A DNA stretch of 60,515 nucleotides from contig NW_027191473.1 in the NCBI RefSeq assembly GCF_011745625.1, forward strand, positions 372,001 through 432,515, read 5' to 3'. The stretch comes from Cladosporium halotolerans. Lineage: Eukaryota. Under the pieces are notes generated by a model. That model did no database searches, was not told where the DNA came from, and saw only the letters and a list, made by a program, of their open reading frames with translations. Positions within the stretch are counted from its first letter, which is position 1, and every line of letters starts with the position of its first letter. The translations under genes and the position numbers were made by a program. Below, piece by piece: positions 1 to 10,300 of this stretch.

Positions 1-95
1 GACAATAGAACAGATCACCGTACTGAAGACCAACCGGACTCTCCATCTTGCTATCTAGAGCTCGAAAAATCGGCGTCGAATCGCCGATACCTTCT

Positions 96-583
96 TTACT
101 TCCTGCCTTCGACCATGACAATGTGGTATCCTTCGCTAGTCTTGCATCTGCCATATGGGTCAGCAATCGAGCAGGTAGGCTGAGGCCATTATGCTCTGGA
201 CTCACTCTGCCCACTTCGGGCTATTTGTCGAAGACGGCTCGAGCTCGAAAGCGACCTTTTCGAACTCTGGGAGCAAGGCACCTTTGCCCTTCCAGCCAAG
301 CGATCCACCTGAATATTGTCAATTGACGGTTCAAGCTGCGAGCACCGGCTCACTGTATAGAGTTCTTACCAGCCCTTGCTTTGTCTTCCGAGTACTCCTC
401 AGCGACCTTGTTGAAAGCAACACCCTCATTCAGCTTCTTGAGTGCTTCCTCCTTCTTGCCGTGTTTCTCGCAGAGGATGTGGCGGACGTTGACCGACTGG
501 GCACCCTTCTGAGCGCCGCCTTTCTTATCTCCGCCCTTGTCCGCCCCTTTGCCCTTGTCGCCTCCCTTGCCCTTGGGTGCCAT
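96..583 (-). CDS. PIN4: Parvulin-type peptidyl-prolyl isomerase (Par14/PIN4), 3 exons: 583-370, 308-206, 147-96
   Basis: Basic Gly/Lys-rich N-terminus, then [13 protein letters not shown]...[14 protein letters not shown]...PEFEKVAF...[21 protein letters not shown] introns 309-369 and 148-205; spliced length 369 nt. Confidence 0.93.
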
Positions 584-799
584 GACTGTTTATCGATGGT
601 CGGATTTGTGAAGGCTGTTAGGACTATTGCGTGCTGAACGCTGGAGGCAGGAAGTTTGGTCAGCCCCGCACACTTTTGTCGATTGTTCGATGCGCATTCG
701 TTCACTTCGACTTCACCATACCGCGCACCAAGGTCTAAGATATACAACACAAGTCTCGCGTCGCTTATTCTGTAGAAATCTGGAACACGCCTCATCCTA

Positions 800-1596
800 A
801 TGATGGACGAAATCACACCAATAGGTCTCTTGGAGCAGCATAAAATTCCCGATCTGCCTGCTGCGATGTACTACATACCCAACTTTATCAACGAAGACGA
901 AGAACAACGCATATTGGAGAAGGTAGGTTGTGGTTGAGTCTACTACCTACAGAGTAAAAGACAAGGTCTAAATCACACCAGATACCTGCAAACCGCTGGA
1001 TCTCCCTCACCCACCGCCGCCTGCAAGCCATCCCTGCCCAACTCACAGCAAACAACACCCTCGTCGCCTCGTCTAAAATGCCACCTTGGCTCACAAATCC
1101 CGTCGTCGATCGTATCTCATCTTCCGGAATCTACGAAGGCGCGCCCCACGGAATCAACCATTGCTTAATCAACGAATATCTCCCCGGCCAGGGCATCATG
1201 CCACACGAGGACGGCGCGGCGTACCACCCTGTAGTTGCCACTGTCAGTCTTGGAGGAAGCTTGGTGCTCGATGTGACTGAGAAAAGGAAGGAAAATGATG
1301 CGGATGCTTCAGACGGCGCGTCAGAACCTAAGAGGTGGCGGATTCTGCAGGAGCCGCGGTCTTTACTGCTCACAACTTCTTCGGCCTATACGGACACGCT
1401 TCATGGCATCGCGGAAGTGAAGGAGGACTCGGATCTAACGCCGGAAACTGTAGCTAACTGGAAACTGCTTGGGAACGCAGGAGTGATCGAAGCAAATGGT
1501 GGCTGTAACACGAGGACGGATCGCATCAGTCTGACTTATCGAGACGTGAACAAGGTTTCGAATGTCGCTTCGAAACTGTTCGGAAAGACAAGATGA
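800..1596 (+). CDS. AlkB-family Fe(II)/2-oxoglutarate dioxygenase, ALKBH6-like; intron 923-981
   Basis: YYIPNFINEDEE N-terminal motif, NHCLINEYLPGQGIMPHEDG (HxD), distal HGI and RISLTYR. Phase-0 GT-AG intron joins exon 1 to ORF 1078-1596. Confidence 0.87.
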
Positions 1597-2119
1597 GGAC
1601 AGACGGGCGTCTTGCCGAATCTGTCAGCCTTTGTTGCACATAAAGTCCAAATACAACAAGAGGACTAAGGCTATTCGGTTTCCCGGCCGCAGAGGGCAAG
1701 ATCAAACTCGGTCTTAATCGTACAAGAGCATACCGGCACGCCATAAATCGGACCCAAAAGCATGCCCGACCCTGAGAGGAAGATCCAAGATCCGCAATGT
1801 GGAACAGAGCAAGCTCGCTACCTTCACCTTGTCCTGCTGAGCCAGACTGGCAGCCTTTCAAAAATGCCTTTGGCTTTCCAGCGACAGCCCCTGGTCGCGA
1901 TATGGCCGCCCATCATTTTGCTCTGCTGAACCCCGATACCCAGCTCTTTACACGCTCAGTGGCAGGCGAGTCTTGGTCAGGACTGAAGAGCTTTCGCTTT
2001 TTGCTTCCATAGTCGAGAGTAGAGTACAGGTATTTCGTACAAAGATGCCAGGATAACCCTCCAACGCCACGCTGAACCCACAATAAGTCCCTGCTAATAA
2101 TCGTACATCCGCCTCGTTC

Positions 2120-2550
2120 TCAAGTATTCTTGTCCAAAAACATTTTCGCCTCGTTGATCTTCGTCGCTAAGTAAGGGCTGCCGCCGCGGTCGGGGTGGTT
2201 CTGCATGATCATCTGTCGGTGTCTCTTGCGGACGATCTCCTTGTTCAGACCGCGCTCTCTGTAATGGGTGCGTCAGTACTCGTCGCGCGAATAGATACAG
2301 GTCGAGGTTGTTCACGTACGAGCACTCCAGAATGAGGGCTGCCTCTCTCTTGTTCATCGTCTTCTCAAATCCACCCTTGTAGAAAGCCTTGCCGATGGCG
2401 TTGGCGCCGCCACGGTACCTGCGGAATGCAACAAGACCTGCGCGACCCTAAGGCATGTTAGTATCTCGCTGGCGCATCGTTGTTGACGGAGGGGCGTACG
2501 AAGAAGGCGGCTGCGGCAACGCCGACACCGACTGCGAGAGCTGTGGCCAT
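2120..2550 (-). CDS. PAM18: Mitochondrial import motor J-protein Pam18/Tim14; introns 2448-2499 and 2259-2319
   Basis: [24 protein letters not shown]...[19 protein letters not shown]...[19 protein letters not shown] (HPD motif); spliced length 318 nt. Confidence 0.93.
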
Positions 2551-2653
2551 GACTTTGATGCGTTTCCGTTTGCAGAGTGGCTCCGAGAGCGAGGCCGGGT
2601 GACTGCTAGAAAGGAGAGCGAGTGTAGTTGGGGATAATTATCCAGTAGTGATA

Positions 2654-2660
2654 CTCATCG
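2654..2660. promoter_or_regulatory. PAC-like element (CTCATCG) in the PAM18/RLP24 divergent promoter
   Basis: Reverse complement of CGATGAG, the yeast ribosome-biogenesis PAC core, upstream of a ribosome-biogenesis gene. It is only a 7-mer and its function in filamentous fungi is uncertain. Confidence 0.25.
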
Positions 2661-2832
2661 GACACTCTCGGGGGAGAGAGGCGCCTTCGCCGGCCGAGCG
2701 AAGTGCAAGCCGTCGCACGGACCATCTGGATTTTTTTGGAGGCCTTCGCTGAGGGTTCGAGAGATTCGGCTTTGCGACGCTTGTCCTACTACCACCACAA
2801 CTCAAGTCGCCTACAGGCGCAACACAGCAATC

Positions 2833-3496
2833 ATGAGGTATGAATACATTTTGAAATTTACATCTAACACCTGCTAACATACTCTCCAGAATCGAGACGT
2901 GCCACTTCTGCTCGCAGCCCTGCTACCCCTCCAAGGGCATCACCTTCGTTCGCAACGACGCCAAAACCTTCCGCTTCTGCCGCTCGAAATGCCACAAGAA
3001 CTTCAAGATGAAGCGCAACCCGCGCAAGCTCGGCTGGACTAAGGCCTTCCGCCGCGCGCACGGGAAGGAGATGACTGTCGACAGCACCCTGCAGTTCCAG
3101 CAGCGCCGCAACGTCCCTGTGCGCTACAACCGCGACCTGGTGGCGCGCACGCTCGAGGCCATGTCCCGCGTCGGCGAGATCAGGGCGAAGAGAGAGAGGC
3201 AGTTCTACAAGAACCGCATGGCTGGCAACCGCGCCGCGCAGCTCGAGGCCGACCGCAAGCTGGTGGCGGAGAACCAGCACCTGCTGCCGCCGGAGTACAG
3301 AGACAAGATCGAGGAGGCTCTGGACGAGAACCTCGATGACATGGAGATGGAGGGCGACGAGATGACTGTGGAGGATCTGCAGAAATCCGCCATCAACCAG
3401 GAGGTCGACGCCAACAAGGCCAAGGCGAAGGGCAAGAAGAAGCAGAAGATGGTCAGAGGCAAGGGTGCCGAGGAGGCTATGGATGTGGACGAGTAG
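2833..3496 (+). CDS. RLP24: 60S ribosome biogenesis protein Rlp24 (eL24-like); 5-nt first coding exon, intron 2838-2889
   Basis: ATGAG|A gives [68 protein letters not shown]. Confidence 0.93.
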
Positions 3497-4212
3497 TTGC
3501 TCGGTGGCACGCCACAACAAAAGTCTTTTCCCACAATGAGCGTTGGCGCAGGAAGGCGTTAGTGGTGCTTTGGATGCCCCGGAAATTTCTGGTTGCTGGG
3601 CACATGGGTTACGATTAAGCATTTGAGGAGCCAACTTTACCACTCGGACCGATCGATTCTTTACTGCGCGTGTCGATCATCACCCACGTGTCAGTCTGTC
3701 AAAAAACAACCATCCGCACTCGACAGCCGACCGGTCCGCACTCGGCTGGACCGTTCGTCCGAGAGGACCACTCTCAGAATTGCCGGTCTCATATCATGCA
3801 TGGTCATCCTACCGCTCGATAAAGCATCGCAACAAGCCACATCACCTTGGCGGGTTTCGCATGGTCTGGGGCCCCGGAATACTTGCCCCACACGGCAATA
3901 AACGCAGATTCTTGGGTTGGAAGATCAGGCGGGGTAAGCGCATGCTTGTTCAGTCCTCGGTCAACCTGCAATATCAATGCAGCCGCCGGGCATTCGCCGC
4001 CAGCTAGGCCGAGTTTGATGCAGTCATGTATGAGCAAGTGGAGTCCTGGATGAGCTGGGAGCGGTAGGCCGTTTGTCGATAAGTATCGAGGGAATCCCTT
4101 GCGATTCAGAGTCCTGAATCACTCGGTTTTGATAGACCATTAAAGACTCACTCTTCTTACCCGTCAATCTCTTTTCACAAATACGTTCTTTTGACCTCCC
4201 TTGTACGCCGAT

Positions 4213-6940
4213 ATGGGAAGGAAGTACCTGGGCGGCTCCGGAGAGTCATTGACCGTCTGGATCTCAGTGTTGGTGATCTCTCAATGTGATCGTGTTGATA
4301 CACGCTGATGACAAGGTTCCATAGCGCGGCGTCCACGGTTCTGATCTTCTATGGATACGATGTACGTGAGACTTGCGAAATATCGCGCGCTCGATCCTAG
4401 TATGGCCGAAGAAAACCAGCAGTCGGATACATAATCGGATCTTGCCGCTGCTGTTGATAAGACCACCTGTCCAGGCAGACAATTCGCAGCAAGTTGATTG
4501 TTGGAACGGCTGGAAGGCGGGAGGACAAGGCCAAATACAAATGATCAGTGGTGATCGAGTATTTGAAGAGTACATGATGCTGACTGTTGCGTTTCTACAG
4601 CAAGGCACGCCTGTCGATATAAACGTCATTCCCGAGTGACCTTATTGACGTGATGATTGTTAGGCATTTTCGGAAATGTGATCATCAATGAGAACTTCCT
4701 GGAGACCTTCGGTAAGAGCTGATCTTCATTGCTTAATCACAAGTCTGTAGACACGCTGGGCTCGCCTCAGTCAGCAACGGGAGCCATCGTGTTCAGCCTA
4801 CTGTTTGCTTCTCAATGAGATGAAGGATCAGATTATATTAGTCTCCTCTTTACCGCCTTCAAGATCGACTTCCTACTCGGGCGAATGATTTTATATGGAA
4901 CATCGGACGAGAGATGTATCTTCTGGCAGGCTGCTAATAGTTATTCAAACAGGCCATCCATCGGCAAACACCCAGGGCACTATGACCTCAGTCTACAACA
5001 TCGGATGCTTCTTCGGAGCACTCAGCACGGTATTCACAGGAGATTGGCTGGGTCGACCCAAACAGATTCTCCTTGGTTCTACAGTCATTGCGATTGGCGC
5101 AGTCATTCAGACTGCCTCGTGGTCTGTCCCGCAGGTGAGGAGATCGTGCCGTTTATGTCGCAGCAAGACACCTTCTCATTTATTGCTAGATGATGGTCGG
5201 CAGAGTGGTTGCTGGATTGGGCACGGGCATGAATACTGCTACAGCAGGAGTAAGTCGTGATCGCATACTCCCACAAGGATGGACTTTGTTCATTAACATG
5301 AGGCAGGTCTGGCAAAGCGAGACTAGCAAGATGAGCAGTCGCGGCAAACTCGTCATTATCCAGATGGCCAACTGTATCACTGGATTCAGCATTAGCAACT
5401 GGTAAGCGACGAGTACCTCCTGTCGAATGCTTGAACAAAGAGATGTTGACGAAAACCCACCAGGCTAACCCTAGGCTTCTCTTTCGCTCCACGTGACATT
5501 TCCTGGCGATTCCCTCTGGCTTTCCAGGTCTTCTTTACGCTTTGCATTTGGGCCTTGTGCCCTTTCCTCCCCGACAGCCCCCGTCTGTTAATTCGCAAGG
5601 GCAAATACGACGAAGCACGAGAAGTTCTCGCGGCGTTGGAAGGCCACGGAGCAACGCCTGAGTCCGCTTCTGTCCAGGCGCAGTTCAACGTCATCAAAGA
5701 TATTCTCGACAGAGAGAATCTCAACAGCTTCACGTGGTGGCAGCTCGTGACCGGCCGTGGCCCTTCTGGATTGCTCCGACGCATGATTCTGGGGGCATTC
5801 ATGCAATGCATGAATCAGATAAGCGGTGAGTATCCGAAAAAAATGAGGAAATACCATTTTTCAATTTTTGGATGGCTCATAATGATACTACTAGGGATCA
5901 ACGTTACGAGCTACTATATGAGCTACATATTCATCACAGCTCTGGGCATCTCGGAGCTCCTAGCACGCATCCTCGCCGCCTGCGGATCCGTGGACTATCT
6001 GATTTTCGCATGCCTGGCCTACTTCGTCATCGAACGCTACGGTCGACGGAAGGTCATGATGTGCTCTGCTGCGGCTTGTTCGATCTGCTGGATCTGTATC
6101 GCGATCGCCACTGGTCTTACTGAGAAAGGAGGGAACTCGTATGTCCTCGGTTCGGTTGCAGTCGCGTTTTTCTTCGCCTTCTTCGCGAGCTTCGGAATGG
6201 GTGTACTTGGAATACCGTGGGGTGAGTTTCTGACGGTCAACCCAGGTTAGGTCTCCTTGCTAACAAGCATGCAGTATGTGAAAACCTCATCCTGCTGTAT
6301 GCGGCGCTTGCGGAACACCATAATGTCCACGGAGGGCTGGTTCTCGGCACAAAAAAATGCAGACGAAAAACCCGAACAAAGGCGCTGACATCTTACAGCT
6401 GTACCCAACCGAGATCAACGCCCTCGAAATGCGGACCAAGGGCGCCAGGTAAGCAAATCCACCGAACGCCCAATTCCCCAACCTCACTAACACAACAACT
6501 CCACCTCCCAGTCTAGCAATGGCAACCAACTGGATCTGCAACTACGCCGTCGTGCAAGCCACGCTCCCCGGCATCGAAAACCTAGGCTACAAGTTCTGGA
6601 TCGTCTGGGTAAACTCTCCCCCCCCCCCCCCGACCCCATTCCCTCCCCCTTTTGACCTACCTCCCACTAACACCCCCAGGCAACCATCTGCTTCTCCTTC
6701 ATTCCCATCACCTACCTCTTCTACCCCGAGACGGCCAACCGCACGCTCGAGGACATCGACCGCTTCTTCGAGACGGAGCCTTCGATCATCGTCTGCCGCA
6801 ACCGCTTGGCGACGCAGCTGTCCAGGCCGCAGGTGTACATCGAGCAGGACGAGGAGATTTTCCGGCAGAGCGAGAAGAAGGATGGCGCGGAGGGACATGT
6901 CACCGTTGTGGAGGATTTGAGGGAGTCTGGGAAGGTCTAG
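4213..6940 (+). CDS. MFS sugar porter (525 aa), 12 exons: 4213-4268, 4325-4361, 4601-4604, 4664-4711, 4953-5134, 5190-5249, 5307-5401, 5464-5825, 5895-6220, 6399-6448, 6512-6608, 6680-6940
   Basis: Spliced 1578-nt ORF restores the sugar-porter motifs FYGYDQG, GDWLGR, GRVVAGLG, WRFPLAFQ, PDSPR, QISGIN, ERYGRR, PWLYPTEI and FYPETANRTLEDID. The model needs a GC-AG intron and a stwintron. Confidence 0.88.
4601..4663 (+). other. 4-nt microexon (CAAG, 4601-4604) followed by a GC-AG intron (4605-4663)
   Basis: Upstream GCTGAC...TTCTACAG acceptor, AAG|GCACGC donor, TTGAC branch and TAG acceptor. Supplies the Q-G of the conserved GYDQG motif. Confidence 0.78.
6221..6398 (+). other. [D1,2] spliceosomal twin intron: internal intron 6222-6274 nested in the donor of external intron G6221+6275-6398
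   Basis: TGG|G[GTGAGT...GCTAAC...GCAG]TATGT...GCTGAC...ACAG|CTG. Removing the internal intron creates a GTATGT donor, and the final product reads PW-LYPTEI. Confidence 0.85.
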
Positions 6941-7100
6941 GTGGGCGGGGTTGGGCATTCCGTGTCGTTCGTGCCGCAGGATCTTCGACGCGATTGGGAA
7001 CGATGGGGTTTCGGAGCAAATGAAGTCTCGCTCTGCGAATGCGGTAGACTTGGAAGCTTGGGAGTCGTAGCTGATCAATCGAGTTTATTGCTCCGACGAG

Positions 7101-7117
7101 CTCTCTCTCTCTCTCTC
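7101..7117. repeat. (CT)n microsatellite
   Basis: ctctctctctctctctc between the converging MFS and MOT1 3' ends. Confidence 0.8.
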
Positions 7118-7310
7118 ATCCATTCAAAATCTCTATATAGTACAAGAAGAGCCTTCCCTTTCCGCCCCTCTCACAGAACTCCACGCTAATTTTCCTTTTG
7201 ACTTCCGAATGAACCCACCCTTAACCAGACCAAACCCCAAAACCAAAAAAAAAACGCCCTCGCTATGCGTACAAAAACACACCTCTCCTCCAGCAGCAGC
7301 AGCACCCTCA

Positions 7311-10300
7311 TCAAGCCTTCATCGTCTTCAAGAACCCATCCAGGTTAAACTCCTCCTCATACTGCTTCTCATCCCACAGCTCGCTCAGCTCATCCAAGAT
7401 CCCCTTCTTGCCCTTCTCCTTCACGTTCCCCTCCGCATCAACGGCATTCGACTCGTCGACCTCATTGCCCTTCTCCCCACCTTCCAGCGCAAGATTCGGA
7501 TCCGTCTCGCCGAGATTGAACAGATCCAAAATCTCGCCCGTCTCCATCGTCCCCAGCCCGGCGTTCTGCTGGTTGACGACGGTGGACGCGACGTCGATCT
7601 TGAAGCGCTGCAGATTCAAAATCTTCTCTTCGAGCGTGCCGCGCGTGACGAGGCGGTAGACGTTGACGACCTTCTTCTGGCCGATGCGGTGCGCGCGGTC
7701 CATGGCCTGCAGGTCCTTCTGCGGGTTCCAGTCGTGCTCGACGAAGATGACGGTGTCGGCGCCGGTCAGGTTGAGGCCGAGGCCGCCGACGGAGGTCGTG
7801 AGGAGCAGGCAGTCGATGCTGGGGTCGGAGTTGAAGCGGTTGACGATGTCCTGGCGCTTGGAGGCTTCGACGCTGCCGTCCAGGCGCGAGAAGGTGACGG
7901 AGGGGAGGAGCTTCTTGAGCACGGTCGTCTCGACCATGTCGAGCATTTCTTTCATTTGGCAGAAGATGAGCGCGCGGTGAGGCGAGACGGCTTGGTCGGC
8001 CGTGGGCACGGCGGAGGCGTCGCTGGGTTCGGCGCCGATGCCGCAGTCTACTAGGAGGTCACGCAGTGCTGTGAGCTTGGGTGCGTGGACGTGGTCTTTC
8101 AAGCTGGAGTTTTGCTTGGCTAGCAAGGCTTGCGTGGCTGCGTACTGCTTGTGGCCTTCCTTCATGACCAGAGCGGGCGAGTTGCAGAGCTTGCGCATGT
8201 ATTGCAGGGCCTGGAAGATGTGCGTCTTGGCTTCTTTGTCGGGCTGGCCGGCCATTTCCTGCAGCGCCTTGCCCTCCTTCTTCGAAAAATCGTCGAACAG
8301 CCTCTTCTGCAGGTCGCTGAGATCGCAGTAGTAGTTCTGAAGAATCTTAGGCGGCAGGTCGTTGAGCACCTCCTCCTTCAGACGGCGCAGCAAGAACGGA
8401 AGAACCTGCTTGTGGAGGGATTCAACCGCAAGCGCTCCAGCCTCTTGCTCCTTGGACGAAGACTTGGCAAACCTACTGGCAGCGATAGGCTTTGCGAAGC
8501 GATCCTGGAAAACCTTCTCGGTACCGAGGAAACCCGGCATCAAAAAGTCAAACAGCGACCAGAGCTCTAGGACATTGTTCTGAATCGGCGTTCCGGAGAG
8601 GATCAGACGGTGGTTGGCTACAAGGCGCTTCACAGCCTGCGTGACCTTGGCCTTGGGGTTCTTAATCAGGTGACCCTCGTCCAGCACGCAGTAGTTCCAG
8701 TTGATCGGCAACAAGACGTCGATGTCGTTTCTCGCGATCTCATACGAGGTGATGACAATGTCAGCAGTACCCAATTCATGGCGAACCTTGCCACGCTCTC
8801 CAGGAGGACCAGCGTACGCAACGGCGTGCAAGAAGGGCGCATAAGTGCGGATCTCCTGCTTCCAGTGGCCTGTAAGCGTCGGCGGGCAGATGATGAGCGA
8901 GCCCAAGCGGCGCTTGTCGGGCGCCTGAGTCTTTGCGAAATCTTCGGCGCGCATGTGGTGGTCACTGGCGACCATGCAGAGCGTCTGCAGCGTCTTGCCG
9001 AGACCCATGTCATCACAGAGCACACCGTGGAGATTGTAGCGGTTGAGGAAAGCCAGCCAGTTGACGCCGTCCTGCTGGTAAGAGCGGAGCTCGGCTTTGA
9101 TGCCGACGGGAATGTGGAAGGGCTCGACCTTCTTCGGGTCCAGCATCTGGGCAATGAACTTGCGCTCACGATCACGGCCCTCGAGCAGAGCTTGCGGGAG
9201 ACCAGGAGGGTCAGGGATACCAGCCTCGAGCGGCACAAGCTTGACGAGCGTTGCGAATGCAGTGGTCGCGATGAGACGCACGCCTGGGTCCGAATCGCTC
9301 ATGCGGCCAAGTACCGGCACCAAGAGGAAAATGACGTAGGGGAGGATGCCATCGCCCATGACCTGAATGAGATGGTAGATGCACTCGATCGCACCCTGGC
9401 GGAAGGCGACCTCGTGAGCGTTGTTGATAGGAGGCAGGACTTGCTCGACCAGCATGGTGAAGCCCTGCACGGTGATAACACTGCAAACACTGGCGAAGCA
9501 CTTAGCCGCCGTGTAGCGAAGGACAGCCAGCTTGCTTTGCAACGCCTTAGCAACACTGGGCAACAGCTCGAGCACCCAAGAGTGCAGAGCAGGATCGAGT
9601 GTCGCAACCAGAGCACGCAGAGTAGACATAGCATCCACAACCGCCTGTCCAAATTCGTTCTCCGGGTCCAGCAGATTCGAAGGCAGCTCGCCAGCGAAGC
9701 ACTCGCGAATAGGATCCTCAATGACAGAGCGCAGCTTAGGAACCTTGTTGAAGAGATCGGCTCCGAAGATCTGGCACAGCTGTTCAAGCGCATCCTTGGC
9801 GCCACGTCTGGTGATCTTAGCCTTCCTGACTTCGCGCTCGAACTTCGCAGCGTCGGGCCTGTCCTGGATGTCCTCGTCCTTCTGGAGGGAGAGGATGCCG
9901 GCTTCCTTGTCCGCGTTGGGGTGGAACTCGGGCGTCTCGCCGGTCTCCATGCAGCAGAACTTGACGAGGTTGCCGACAACCTTCTCGACCACCTTGTGGC
10001 GCTCTGTAGCGACCAGGTGAGCAACGAGCCCTGCGATACCGGCGGCGGAGCGGTGCTGGAGATCGGTGTTCTCCTCCTCCTTGACACCGTCCATGATACC
10101 CTTGATCGTCATCTGCGGTTTCTTTGGGACCTCACTGAAAGCGACCAAAGCGGTGGCGGCAGCAGACTTGATGCGCAGATCGCACACCCGCTTGGCGTTC
10201 TGAGCTTCCGCGATCGCTGCTTCAGCGTCGAGCTTAGCGTTGCTCAGGGCGTCAGCAGCGGACATCCGCTGCACGGTCGAGAGTGATTTCTTGAGCTTCT

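Noticed and set aside
4362..4600. Possible second stwintron (GTAC|GTGAGA) in MFS intron 2
   Set aside because: GTACGT already works as a donor, and no convincing internal branch site/acceptor pair was found.
8610..10286. 558-aa plus-strand ORF antisense to MOT1
   Set aside because: Shadow ORF caused by GC-biased codon usage of the real gene; no recognisable motifs.
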